Notes: generated by a model not told the origin, from the sequence alone. DNA of 64,000 nucleotides from Marsupella aquatica (GCA_973895155.1 OZ316894.1:1152853-1216852), one strand, 5' to 3'. Numbered from the stretch's first letter, positions 35,911 through 49,700 are shown. Translations and numbers: made by a program.

Positions 35911-38052
35911 ATGCTGGTAGCAAACAGGTTCCCCAGATCTGATCGTGGGTTGTGTTGCCTACAGTTGACACCCAGAGCACCTAAGTTTAATCCTGAGATG
36001 ACAAGGAAAGCACTTTGGGTGGATGGCTGGTCGACTCCAGCATGGGTGAAGGCAAGGCTCAAATTAATGGCTCAAGACAGATTGCAATCTCGTGCTAGTC
36101 ATGGCACCAGAGATTGGTCTCAAGACGCTGCACAAGGGAAAGGAAGTAGGCACATGCCTAGTGCTGGTACCACGAGTGAAGCAATTGCTGTTTTGAAGAA
36201 TCGTCTACAACGAGGCATTACTACAGACTCGTACACGTATGTTAAAATTCTGCAAATGTGCTTGAAACAGAAAGACGTTTTAGCGGCCAAGCAGGTGTAT
36301 GAGTGCATCATCGAGAGTGGAATGGATAAGAATCCATATGTGGCGAACACCCTCCTGAATGTGTATATCAAATGCGGGGAAATTTTGGATGCACGTCGAG
36401 TTTTTGATGAGCTTGAGAAGAGGAGTGTTATTGCTTGGAACATGATGATAGCAGGATATTCTAAGAGTGGTCATGCTGAATCCGCTCTGGACCTTTTCAA
36501 ATTAATGCGTCAAGAAGATGCGCGGCCTGATGAGGTCACATATCTGTGCATCCTGAAGGCATGTACCAGCCCTTTAGCTTTAAAATGGGGAAAAGAAATT
36601 CATGAGTGTATTCAACATGCCGGTTTTGAATCCGATGTGCGTGTAGGGACTGCCCTCCTTCAGATGTATGCAAAGTGTGGGTGCATCACGGAGGCAAGGC
36701 GGGTTTTTGACAAATTGACTGATCGAAATTTCATCACTTGGAGTGTGATGATTGGTGCATGTGCTGCGAGTGGCAACGTGGATGATGCCCGACGACTGTT
36801 TGACAGAATGGAAAAACCAGATCTAATCACATGGACCATAATGATTGGAGCATATGCAGAAAGTGGCCGTGGTGTGGAAGCATATCGACTGTTTTGTCAA
36901 ATGAGACAGGAAGGCTTGGAACCAAATGCCTTCACTTATACTAGCATCCTAAATGCATCTGCAAGTGCGGGGGCTTTGGAGTGGGTGCAGGAGGTTCATG
37001 CCCATGCTAGCAAAGTCGGACTGGAGTCGGATTTGCGTGTGGGCACTGCCCTTGTTCACATGTATGCAAAGAGTGGCAGCATAGATGATGCCCGACTAGT
37101 TTTTGACAGGATGGAGAAACGCGATGTAGTCACATGGACCATAATGATCGGAGGACTGGCACAACATGGGTGCGGGCATGAAGCCCTGGAACTGTTTAGA
37201 AAAATGAATGCGGACCTTGTGAGGCCCGACGGGACTACATTTGCAGCAGTGTTGTCAGCCTGTTGTCATGCAGGCCTTCTTGGTGACGGCCGTAGACTCT
37301 TTTCAGCTATGACGCAGGATTATGGCATCGAGCCTAATGTTGTGCACTATAACTGCATGGTGGATCTGCTTGGGCGGGCTGGACACTTGGAGGAAGCAAA
37401 GCAATTCATTAGTGACATGCCTGTTACACCAGATGATGTAACTTGGAAAGCCTTGCTTGGGGCTTGTAAAACTTACGGTAATGAGGAGTTGGGCGAACTT
37501 GCCGCTGAAGAGCTTCTCAAGTTGAAACCCAATGATGCCACTGCATATGTGCTCCTCTCCAACATCTATGCTGCAGCTGGCAAGTGGGACAAGGTGTCAT
37601 TTGTGCGCACTTTGATGCAAAAGAGAGGTGTTCGGAAGGAGGAGCCAGGGCGGAGCTGGATCGAAGTTGACAACAAGATCCATCAATTTGTTGTGGGGGA
37701 TACATCTCACCCAGAAGCGAAGGCGATATATTCTTACATGAATAAACTGACTGTAAAACTGAAGGCTGAAGGCTACATTCCTGATACCCAGATTGTGTTG
37801 CACAATATCGATGAGGAGGATAAAGAACTAGCACTTTGCTCTCATAGTGAGAAGTTGGCTATTATGTACGGACTTATGCGCATACCTCGGGGTAAACCAA
37901 TTCGTGTGTATAAGAACCTTCGGGTGTGTTCAGATTGCCATACAGCAACCAAGTTTATCTCTAAGGTGACTCGACGGGAGATCATAGCCAGGGATGGCAA
38001 TCGCTTTCACCATTTTAAAGACGGCGTGTGTTCTTGTGGTGATTACTGGTGA
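35911..38052 (+). CDS. PLS-class PPR protein with E1-E2-DYW cytidine deaminase domain (organellar C-to-U RNA editing factor). The true start may lie in an upstream exon
   Basis: Twelve PPR motifs (L-S-P-L-S-SS-P-L-S-P2-L2-S2), the PG box PGRSWIEV, the zinc ligands HSEKLA and CSDCH, and C-terminal DYW. The first ATG at 35911 is preceded by a possible acceptor ttgcag. Confidence 0.95.
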   Translation: MLVANRFPRSDRGLCCLQLTPRAPKFNPEMTRKALWVDGWSTPAWVKARLKLMAQDRLQSRASHGTRDWSQDAAQGKGSRHMPSAGTTSEAIAVLKNRLQRGITTDSYTYVKILQMCLKQKDVLAAKQVYECIIESGMDKNPYVANTLLNVYIKCGEILDARRVFDELEKRSVIAWNMMIAGYSKSGHAESALDLFKLMRQEDARPDEVTYLCILKACTSPLALKWGKEIHECIQHAGFESDVRVGTALLQMYAKCGCITEARRVFDKLTDRNFITWSVMIGACAASGNVDDARRLFDRMEKPDLITWTIMIGAYAESGRGVEAYRLFCQMRQEGLEPNAFTYTSILNASASAGALEWVQEVHAHASKVGLESDLRVGTALVHMYAKSGSIDDARLVFDRMEKRDVVTWTIMIGGLAQHGCGHEALELFRKMNADLVRPDGTTFAAVLSACCHAGLLGDGRRLFSAMTQDYGIEPNVVHYNCMVDLLGRAGHLEEAKQFISDMPVTPDDVTWKALLGACKTYGNEELGELAAEELLKLKPNDATAYVLLSNIYAAAGKWDKVSFVRTLMQKRGVRKEEPGRSWIEVDNKIHQFVVGDTSHPEAKAIYSYMNKLTVKLKAEGYIPDTQIVLHNIDEEDKELALCSHSEKLAIMYGLMRIPRGKPIRVYKNLRVCSDCHTATKFISKVTRREIIARDGNRFHHFKDGVCSCGDYW

Positions 38053-39025
38053 CCAGATTGGAAGCTGATTCTTTGGCATCTTTCCCTGGGCACTCTTTCG
38101 ACTTTGCAATCAATTTCGTCACAGAAGCCAGCTGGTCCAAGTGCATATCAAAACTTTCTGATGCAGTCTCCTCGAGGAAGGGTAATCACCGAAGGCTATT
38201 TCATCTTGTACAAAATGAAATAGATGTACAACTGATTAACCAGATTTAAACAGTTAACAGAAACTGGACTAAGAAATGAGTAATCACCACAATCATCCTG
38301 CTTGGCATGTCTGTTGTTCTCTCTTGGTCGAAGGCAGTCTTACTTGGAGTACATCTGCTTCAAAATATTCATCACTGGCACTGTGATGCTGCAGAACAAT
38401 TCATTCGCCCTTGAGCTTTGGAGGGGCCGGTTTTCTGCAGGGAAGTAGTGGAGCCCAGATCGTGCTCCTAGCATCCCATGAACCCCCACGACAATGGCTT
38501 CACTTCTGGGCATCTGAAATTCAGAGGTGCTACACCAATATCGAGCGACTGTAGAATAGAGGAATTTACGTCCTAGGACACATTTAGATCAGAGAGAAAT
38601 TCCTCGAGCCACAGTAAAGTAAATCACAAGCCGATTTCAGAACAAAACTTCATCATGAACACACGAGGTTTCTCTAACAGCGCACCTGGGGCTATAAAAC
38701 TACTGTAACTATGGTCATTTCTGGTCCAGATCTAGACTGGGTGGACACCGCCTACAGTTAGAGCTCGGATTAGGCAATATTTTTGAGCTCAGACATGTAT
38801 TCAGAAGGTAGTTGGGATCTGAATCCTGAGGTGTCGAAGGTGCAACTTCAAACAAAAGGGCATTTGTCCTCTCCCTATGAGCATTCCTCACAGTTTTATT
38901 ATTTATTAGCAAAAAAGGGGATAATCACGCCATTGGTCTCAGCTGATCGGCTTCACTAGCTGACCAAGCAATGCTCTAATTCTAATTATTTTTAAAATCA
39001 GTGTCATTCAGCTTAAATGACATCC

Positions 39026-39063
39026 TCCGTTGTAGTCTAGATGGTTAGGATACTCGGCTCTCA
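39026..39063 (+). pseudogene. 5' half of tRNA-Glu(CTC), ending at A37
   Basis: tccgttgtagtctagatggttaggatactcggctctca matches plant cytosolic tRNA-Glu through the acceptor strand, D arm (A box), 5' anticodon stem and CTC anticodon. No 3' half follows. Confidence 0.8.
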
Positions 39064-40774
39064 TTTATGATGAATTGTCTCGTCTCGTCTCGTCTCCAAC
39101 AATGTTGCAATTCTTTGGAATTGAATTAAGAGATGGATTGTCCTCTGTTCTTCTCCTCTCCAACGAACTGTCTGTTCTTTTACAGCGTTAAACCATGTCA
39201 GAGCAAACAGTTGGGGAGTCTCGCTTTCTTTTGATCAGATTAAGAGGTGCACTTTGAGTTGAATGGGTTACGTGTTGCTTGGCTTGGGATAAATCCAGTC
39301 GAAAGTATGTCTGGCTCGCCTTCTAGTGCAGTCCTTGAAAAATTAAAACTGTCATTGCGCGCTGCACATGTATGTTACCCTCGAGCCAATTTCTCAGTTT
39401 CTTAAGAAATTGGCTGATTGAATGCATGAAGTATCAAGCTTTATCCTTGCCCGGGGAAAGGACAGACGCTAAGTCTGAAAATTTTGTCGACAGGTGCGTA
39501 TCATTTCTGTATCCAATGTGCAATTCGTTCGGAGTCCAGTGACTTCTTCTGAACTCTTCACCGCCTACAGGTCGCAAACTGAAGTGGATGGAACATCCTC
39601 AATCCTAACCCATCATCCTTCGCAGCAGATTCGAAGCTTAAGCAGATCGATCGAATGCAGCAAAACGCTCGACATCAAACTGGGACTTCTCTGATCAATC
39701 AAACACTTTTATTCCTCACCCATCTTGACAGAGCTTGCAATGGCAAGTTCTCCACCTTCGTCCCAAGAATTCAATAATCAGACTTACGGAATTTAATCCA
39801 ATGACCCGGGTTACTAGGTGAAGTAATACAATGACTTGAGTCACCAGTAGTCCAGTTCCGAGTCTGTCCGGCGGTCATTAGTGATGTAAGGACGTTCCCA
39901 AGCTTTCAATTGTGATCGCAGAAGCGTCTCCGACTATAAGTTCCTCGGTCATGGTGGCAAAGCGTACTACAATCAAGTTATGCTAGCCTTATGGTAATTC
40001 AACTTTGAGATTCAATGAGACCGACCGGTGATTACAGTATCTGCATGTCACTACAAAATTGCCAGTGGATGTCATCGAAGAACTAAAACACTTTGTTCCA
40101 ATAAGACGAGTTAAGTTCGACAACTTGATCTTTTGATAAGCTGCATAGTGTTGGTTGCCTCTTGTCATATTTTTCGGAGGATCTTAGAGCCAGAGAGCTG
40201 ACGTGACTATCAGATGAGTCAGTCACAAGTAGGCATATATGGATAACATTTCATTCTCAGGGGAAGGACACTGATGGGCAGGATGATTTCATTCTTATCG
40301 GAAGGAAACTTGATTTCTGGCATGTCACAATGCTGGTGAAAATACACGTCCAGCAAATTGGGTGGACCACATTACAGGCAATAGTCTCAAATAGTCGATG
40401 TCAAAGCTCATGACCAGTGCTCTCGCCAGTGCTTGCGGTTGCATACCTCCATCACTCTTCTGATCATGTCGTGCCTGTTTCTTGGCTTGAAGCCTTATAA
40501 AACTTACGCACTGAGTGCTCAACTCGGAACCGTAGCTTCTGATGAGACTCAAACCTTTGAGATTGTCTTTTACTGTCTCGGCCACATCTGTTGGCAGAAA
40601 GTTTTTTCCAAAAAATTGGGATTTGTAAATCGGTAAGATCTTTGCCGCCTAACGTGGTGAGCTTCCCAGCCATGTTTTAAGGGACCAACAAGACATGCAA
40701 AATTGTCCATTTCTTTCCAAGAGAAGGTGGACTTCTGGAGACTGCCTGATCTCATCGCATCGATTTGTTTCACA

Positions 40775-43700
40775 TCAGTCAAAGATTTCCTGCAATTCGA
40801 TGATGCTATGTTGGCTGCATGCATCAACAGGAACAGATATTAGCTCATGATGTAACTTAACAACTACTTCAAAGGCTAGCTCCACAGCTACTAGGTTGTT
40901 TCTATCCCAGCTGACGGGTAAGTTCAGCAAGAAGGCGAGTCGGTCATTCTCTGGAGACTTAGATTTCTGTTCCTGAATGGTTTGTTGAGGATCTCCGTTA
41001 TCGTAAACGGTTGAACCAAGATCCTCAACTTGAAGCACTGATAGCATAATTCCATGTCCACGTTGTCTATACCAACCTTGGTAAGAATATAAAGGGTGAC
41101 CTTTAGATCTTGCAGTAGACCGCAGAAAGGAAGGGGAGAGCTGTGATCAGATGACTTTCAGCCATACAAATCTGGTTCGAATAGATTTAAATAACATAAC
41201 AAAGGAAATCCTAAGGATGAGCCTTCTTGGAGTGTTTCTTCCCTCTCATTGCAACAGTGTCAGACGTCTTCACAAATGTGGAGCCTCAGATCCTACTTGT
41301 GATCAGAAAGTGAACTTGCGCAAATAGAAGTTGGAACTTACTGATCATCTTTGGAAATTCGATAGTAGTGCTCAGCGTGCTCTCTTTGCCCGATGAGCTG
41401 AGCAAATCTTTCATCGTGAGTGATGACGATAAGCTGAAAATTCTCCTGACCTTTCCTGTCTTCTATTATCCTGTTGATATTCATAAACAGTTAGCATGCA
41501 TAACGTACCCGTCGAGGGACAGCGATGAATCAGTAAGACATATTGACAACTCAGTTGCTCAGCCAAGTGTTTGGCCCAGTTTGAAGCCCATACCATGATT
41601 TGGGGTTTGTGGTGTCCACTTATGAACATCAAAGTAGTTACACCTGAACCAAGAGGAGCATACCTGACAAGTGCCGCTGCAAGACTCGCCGCATTGGGGC
41701 CATCAAGATTTGTGGTTGGCTCATCAAGAGCCAAGATTCCACAATTAAGGCAGAAAGTTTCGGCCAAAGCTAACCTTATGATCAGCGAAGCCAGCACCTG
41801 CACAAAGGAGATGGAAGTATTTTCTACTTGAAATTGCGCATGTCAAAAGGAAAACACGGAAATATCTGTTTCTGTTTTTTGTCACAAAAGTAGATAGATG
41901 CACTATTACTTACCCGCACCAGACATATAATGGACTGCAAGACCTTAGTAAAGCGCATCCAGCACGGTTAGATCCAGTGAGAAAACGAAATGACGTTTAG
42001 GCGTCCAGATATACCTTTTGACCTGCACTGCAACGTCCACGCATCTCCAGTTCTGCATCTCCACTTCGCATTACCACCTGTGGCAAAACACCCACAGGCC
42101 CATGGGCTTCAAGCTTCGGATTCAGGAACTTCTACTGTTGAAAGGAAACCTTCACGTTTAACTATACTAGACTGTAAATGTTCTTTACTTTCTTTACGCC
42201 TAATTTGAAGAAGTCTCCGTTGCGAGGTTTAGATTCAGCCAAAACTGCTTCACACCTAGGGGTTTGATCCTTTCTCAGAGCCAACTTTTCATTCACTTGT
42301 GTTACAATGTGCTACAACTTCTCTGCATGTAAATTGTTGCCTGACCATGGAAGTTCGCGTCCTTCTTGTTTTCTTATTTCCTATAAAAATCTTCGTTGGG
42401 AATCCATGGATATGAAAATTTAATGAAATTTAATCTGCACGTTTTATCTTTTTTACTTGCGCTAATACTTCTGTGCTAATAAAACCTTAGCATATATTTA
42501 AACTCCTGTCGATCTTAATCTGTGATTTCTGCCACATTTTCGTTAGATATTTAGTTTATGAATGTCACTCACTGCAAATTCAATCGGTGCATTTCACTTA
42601 GAGTTCGCTGTTCTCCTCCAGGAGTCGACGACATTCCAATCGTGTCCAGCTTGTGACACTTCTGTTTGGTTTCTTCAGGTAGCTTTCCTGATTTTCAGCG
42701 CTGTTTTTCTAATCCATCCAATTCAATACAAACGAAATCGATAAACCTTAGACGAAAAAGTGCGAAAATAAACCAATACCGACCCTGTAGCTGTAGGATC
42801 GCGTTCCAGCTCCTTCAGCATCTGAGCGAATTTCAATGTAATCGATATCCTGGCCTCTGTATGTCTGTTGCCAGAGCTCCTTGATGATCTTGTTTATTTC
42901 CTCCATCTTCATTGAATGGAACCGCATAAGGGCCCTGCACAGCTCAAAATTGATTTCCACACGATCCCTAGCCACGTCAACTCCAGGGGTATCCAACAAG
43001 CATAACATAAAAGATGAACGAAGGGCTGTGTAAATACAACTGCATCAAGTTGAGCATCCATACTTGTCAAGGGCATTGTAGTACTTGTCCAGGTCCTTGT
43101 TTGCCATTTCGGATGTCTGCAAGTGAAGATCAACAACATGTCAGTAACCACTCCACAGCACCGGGCTATAACCTTGCAGCACACCTCTCCCAAGAGAAAG
43201 CGTTCCTCGCCCACAAAATCGATGAAGGCAAACAACCTAAACCTTCCGGCAAAGATCAGCATGCAATCCTGATAGATCAAACTTCAATCACACAACATCG
43301 GCGATCTCTACCTTCAGTTGTATGAATTGGCCACAATAACGGTTATCGATATCTTTAAACTGCGCTTGCTTCAGGTCAGCCTTATTTTTAGCCACATTCG
43401 TCTGATAAACTGTCATTGTTCCTTGGCTTCTACTTTGCTGGAGACAACACAAAAACAGCAAAGAGGTCGTTTAGTGGACGCCCTCTACGGATCAAGTGGT
43501 TAAGCACATTGTAATGTATGCTTATAAATCGTGCATTCATTAACGAGGTTCAGGACCCAAAACAATGACAATATACTTTTGAAAAAGCACTACCTCTGAC
43601 GATAGATCCTGAATACATTTCACAAGCCTCTGCATGTCCATTTCTAATCTGGGTCTTTCACCGAAGTCCAGCATTTGCTTCTCAAGTTCCAGAATATCCT

Positions 43701-46700
43701 GATTTAGCTCTTCAATATCTCTTGTGGTTTTCCTATATTGAATGTTTTCTTCGATATTTCTCATCACTGATCCCTGATTTATCTTCAGTTCCTTCAGATG
43801 TCTGTGTTCGTCTGCGATCACTTGTTTGTTTTTCTCTTCGGCCTCCTGCTGTGATTTTGACGATAAGAGTCTGTCATTCGTCTCTTTCAGCTTGCCTTCC
43901 TTACCAGAAGCTACAAAGCTAAAGACAGAAAAGACTCAATGTCAGCCGCATTTAGAAAAAATCAACTTGCAAACAACTCGGCAAAATAAAGTCAGAATTT
44001 TCGAAAAAGTTCAAATGAGCCAAATTTCACGTCTATGCAGATATGATATCGTTGCATCAAAGCAGATGGTTGATATTGTTGCAGAGGGTGAATGAAGACC
44101 ATAGTAAACATCGACTTACGCAACAATCTGAGAGGAAGCCATCTTCAATTCATGAATCTCCTGCTTGAATTTCCTGAGCTCCCAAGACCTTTCTGTGTCC
44201 TCTTTTTCATTTTTCATTTTGATTTTGTCATGGTTGTGTGTTAAGGTGTCCTTTTCCTTCAATAGACCTCCTAAGGAATCTTGAAGGATCTACAGCAAAT
44301 CCAAAACAAAAAGTTGTCAGTCCCAGAAGCGACTTGCTTAACAAAAACAGTACAGCTTCTTCACTTTAGACGGCCTTCGTCATAATCGTAGTCTACAAGT
44401 TCATTGATTTCGGAAGGAAATGGACGACATTAACACACAATAAATGCACCATTGTGATACAAACTTAGGTGTTCCTGAAACAAGAATTGAGCTCAATATT
44501 TTCCAGTTAAAGGAAATTAGAGATTCGTGAGAGTCGATGGACTTTAAAATATTACAAATTCAACTCAGGCCACACCTCTTACAGCAATAAATTATACGAA
44601 CTAGAAAGTTTACTTAGAAGAACTCTCGTACATCTCAAATCAGCCCACACAAAAGGAAAATACCTGGGTCACCATCAGCCCACACAAAAGACAAGGTTGA
44701 GCCTTAAAGACCAGTGAAAGTCTCGTCTACGTCTAAGTCTACGTTCCTATAACTGTTAAGATGATAGCTGTGACAAAGTTAGAGAGGTAGAACAGTGATC
44801 CGGACCTCAATGTCAGTGTCAATTTCTACCAGCTGATCCTGCAACTTTTCCGAATCATCTTTCAGCTTGCTCAATGTTTGAAGGTTATGGATAGCTTTCA
44901 ATTTCTCCTCCCTGGCAGTATGATATTTCATATTCCATTTGGCAAACTCATCCTTCGCTTGACTTTGTTCTTCTCGCATGTGCTCCAATAATTTAACTAT
45001 TTTATCACTGCACACAACATTGAATGAGCAACAGACGACTCAACTTAATGAACGCCATTTTGTTAGTGTCGAAAGGATGGGGTAAAGGCATAGTAGGAAC
45101 AATAAGTCTGAGCTTACAAACATCTCACCAATACCAAGGCACGCAAGCCTTTAAATGCAGATCTCAGACGGTTCGTTTTATTAGATTTCAATACAATTCA
45201 ATGCAACTTAACCACACTACCGGGAAGAACTAAGCCCTTCTAATCACAATCCTAAGCCAAGAAGGAAGTTCATCTGTACCGTTTGCCTTGGAGGACAATT
45301 AAGTCAGTGCTGACTTGATCCAGAGTACGAAAGCTTTGTGATCTTGTATCAAGTTTAACCTCCTGGTCCTCAACTTGCTTGCGGAGATGCATTATTTCAC
45401 GATGAAGTCTATCCACTGAGTCTGCTGTTTCTCGAAGGCTATCCACCGAATCAAGCTCTGAACTGGCTTGGGCCAGCAGGCCGAACAGCTGGAGAAAGAA
45501 ACAGTTCTTACTTACAGTAATGAGCATGAGTTGACATATTCTGGGAGAGCAGCTATGATATGATCTTCCAACAAGGTATGCATTTCGCAAGCAACAGCGC
45601 ATTCTTGCATCTTCTTTTCCACTTTGAAATCCACTGCTCTAGACAATGAATCGTAATTGCCAGAGAAGAGCCATCGTGAAGTTTGAGAAAATGTAAATAT
45701 TCTCTTGCAGATTATTACCAACATAAGCTTGGGTTGAGGAAGCACAACTGATATAATACTTTTTGGCCACAAACGCATCGTCTTTCGTGCAGGTCAAAAT
45801 CAAGAATTGAGAAACCATCTAAAGAGTTTGTCCAATTTTATCACCGTATAATTGGTCTTCAGTAGTTCTGAACTTTAACTATTTCTACCAGTAAATGCAA
45901 TGAAAATTGGGAAAACGAAAATGGGTATACTGACATCCTCGTACGGGACATTCACCCTCTCGAGTTCCCCAGCGTAATGTTCCACCGTCTTTTCAGCTGT
46001 TGGGATTAGATCTCTGTCCAACTTTTGATATTCATCATACACAGCTCGTAGCTTCTCCAGACTCTGCAACTTGTTTTCTAGGTCCACTTTTTCAACTTTG
46101 AGGTTACTCAAAAGTGTGTCCGTGCTTGCCTTCTTCCTCCTTTGCTGAACAATGAGAAAAGAACGAGGTATATCATCAGGCTCTAGGCATTAATACTCAA
46201 TAACAAGAGAAACGGAATGCATTTCAGGTACTCCTCTACCGCGATTCAAAAGTGTCTAGATATCAGATACACGTCTGGCATCTACAGACGATACTAGACC
46301 TCTCCTTCCTCCTTTGCTGAATAATGAGAAAAGAACGAGGTATGACATCAAGCTCTAGGTATTTATACTCAAAAACAAGAGAAATGGAATGCATTTTATG
46401 TAGATAGACTTACTCCTCTATCGCGATTCAAAAGTGTTTAGATATGTGATACACGTCTGGCATCTACAGACGATAGACCTAGATTCCTATCTATCTTCTG
46501 ATTAATAGACCTTTCCTATCTATCTTCTGATTAAGAGACCTTTCCTATCTATCTTTTGACTATGAATATGAGAAGTTCTTAGACACAAGAAACTATAACT
46601 GATCGTTAAGAGACGGTCCCCTACCTTCTTCACAAACTCATCCTCCTCTTGTGGTGAAAATTTTCGCTCACAGCAAGCGCAGATATGTTGAGATCTGGCT

Positions 46701-49700
46701 ATATTCTCAAAGGGGTCGTACATTATTTTCATGCCTTCTGCCTGATCGTGGTTCCTGCGGTGAAACGACTTCAGTGAGCTGTCACACATCCAGAGAAAAA
46801 TAAGGCCCCAACTTTAAAATTGGAACAAGATGAAACTCGAAGCTCAGTGAGAAATAGACAATCTGAAAAGTCTTGTAGAAGACGTTACTTTTTTACAATT
46901 TAAGGCTCCCATCGCTCAACTGGTGGCCTAGAAAAGAAGGGATGCAATTGATATGGCAATAGTAGGTCCAGCTTGAATGAAATTGGATTCTGTTGATCAA
47001 AAGTCCACTGAATTTAAGAAAAATGTGTAAATAAATTTAATGTGCAGACCAGTGCTATCTTACTTGTAACCTGATTTTTGAATTAATCAGCTTAATTCCC
47101 GTTCTAACTGATGTACGCATGCATGGCCGAACTGAATGTCAGTGAACCCCACATTCCAACAGGCAAAAGACATTCATAAGATCCTCTACTCAACAGCTTC
47201 CTAAACAAAAGATGATAGATCTTGGGGCAAACAAAGATCATTAGTAAACTAATTCAATTATAAAAATCCAGTGTCGGTCCAAGAATTGATGAACTCACTT
47301 TTGCTTGTCTTCCTTCTCCACTTTTACAGCCTTCAGTTGTTCCGGGAAAGCATCAACCTCCACATTTTTGTGGAGAATAGAAACAATTCTGCTCATCAAC
47401 AATTTCTTCTTTCCTACAAGAAAGAGAAAAACAAAATGAAGAGAAGTGGTGAGCTGACGGATAATCAACAATATCCGCAAGTCAGAAACCACATGACCCA
47501 TGAGGCCCTGACACAACAAATATCTCACACGAGTAATGAGGGTTTGAGTCTGTTGAGAGAATTAATGAATGAATGCGTTGTTATTTTCACGAAGACAGTC
47601 ACTGCCGACTAACCATTTCTTTCGCGTTCGCATTTTGAGAGATTAACTTTGGCTTCCTCAAGCAAGGACGTGACTCTTGCAACCTCCTTCCCAGCTTCCA
47701 CTAAAGTTCCATTTAGTTCAGCCACGACTTGCTTCTTTGAGCTGCACAACAAGCCACAGCAAACAGTATGAGAAGATGTACAGTACTTCTTCCGAAGTAA
47801 AGAAATGAATGCGAGCACTAGTGTAGATCTCCTGTCAAAACAATAGGAGCACAAAGTGCATTTGCTAGGCCAGCAAGCAAGCTGATACTTCTGATCTTGA
47901 GATTCAGTGTTGCGTAAGTCCCCGAAAATTGAAGTCCGGAGGGTCCGAGCAATCCAGGGTGTCCTTTCCTCCTTATTTATTTCTGAGATTTTATTTTGTC
48001 TGTGTCCATCATGGGGCCCATTTCTAACGGGCTAAACAAAAAAGTGCACTACAAGCATCACAGAGTATAGCAGCTTACACTAGTCCTTTCACAATACAGG
48101 TACAGAATCTAGTTCTCACCTTACGGATCTCTCAATCTCATCCTTCAAATCTTTTGAATCCGGCATTCTTCCTTTCAGGACTCTATCGAGTTTGACCTTG
48201 TTCTCCTCCAGACTGCAGACAGGTTAGTAAGTCAGTCAACCGAGAGAGAAAGAGATCACATTCTACAAAGTGCGAAACTATTCCATAAAGCCCCTCAGGT
48301 AGTTTCGTCCATAACTGGCGACCTATTTGATGCGATTGCACGGCCACTAGTCATTAAATTTCACACACAAGACCCAGATCCAAACTGAATTTTCTAGAAG
48401 CCAAACAGTCTTCGTCCAATTCATTCAGGATGCGTGGTCTTTGGCACATTGCTATAGCAGCTTCTTCTCAACAAGGAAAGTAAATTGCAACCACGAACAA
48501 CGTCTGGAGGCTTTCATTCTCGTCGCATCTAAGTCTAAGAAAGCCACCGAAATGAGCTTTCCGTAGGATGTTGAACAAAGCATTCTACAAAAACCTAAAC
48601 TAGAAGATGCAATTAATACATTTGATTTAGAATACTCTCTTTGTTGACCAAGTCTTCTTTCCGGCTGCGTAGATACGTGCGTTCCATTGACTCACTAGCC
48701 AGGTCGTCCTTCTCACGCTGAACTGCCTTCAACTTCTCCTCAACATTAGCTAGCTCGTTCTTTGTGGCAGAAATCTTTGAATCGAAGTCCCCAGCTGACA
48801 ATGCAGCGGAGCATTTTCCCATTTCTTCTTTCTGGAGAAAAACACAGCCAACGTCTCGTATCAGTCGTTAGCTTGGCAACAAACTCTTTGTGATACTGTC
48901 TCAGGCAAATATTCAAGACTAGACGAAATTGAAAGAACGAAAACCCACACATAGATTCCACTTCCTATATCAAAACTCTTGACAAAAGAAGGTACCGATT
49001 CCCTCACGCCAGGTAAGTTATTCGGGAAATAAAATCTCGCGTTCGCGCGTTTATTTTTTATCTTCTTTAGTCTCCAATTAAATTTCTTGTTTACTCAGTT
49101 GACATACTAACCCAAAAAGGGTACACTTGCACCGATGAAACTCGAATCAAAGCTGTAAAAGCAGATCCGACTTTCCGAATAACTCTAGGACGTGTACAAA
49201 TGAGCAAAATTTTACTTTATGATCCTTTCTTACTTCTTCCCCTACCTGCTCCACTTGCATTTCATTTAATTCACTTCAGCCTCTGAAGACCTGTCTGCTC
49301 TCTTAACAAAGAAATGTCACATTCGTACTCAGGTGCTCTTTTCTCGAAAATAACAAAGTAGACCTTTGGAATAAAGACCAATAAATAGGATTCGCTCATA
49401 AAAGCTACGAAGTAACTCTCCCGTAAATTTTGAAGCACTTATTCAAATGTGGACTGGTGACATAACCAACAAAATCACAGATAGCGGAGATGACAGAAAA
49501 GACATATTTGAGGGAATTTCTTCGATCCATGAACTAGTAACAAGCAAACAAAAGCGGAGTGGCTCACCGTATTGTTCTCATTTTCCTCTAATCGCTTTAC
49601 GTCCCTCTGAGAGATAGAAAGATCCCCTGATCTTATCATGTTGTCCAGCCTCCTCATTTCCTCAGTTTTGCCTCTCTGATTCAAATGATACAGGTGTCAG

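Noticed and set aside
40538-40600. CTGATGAG as a hammerhead ribozyme core
   Set aside because: No GAAA follows a closing stem II, and no stems I/III were found.
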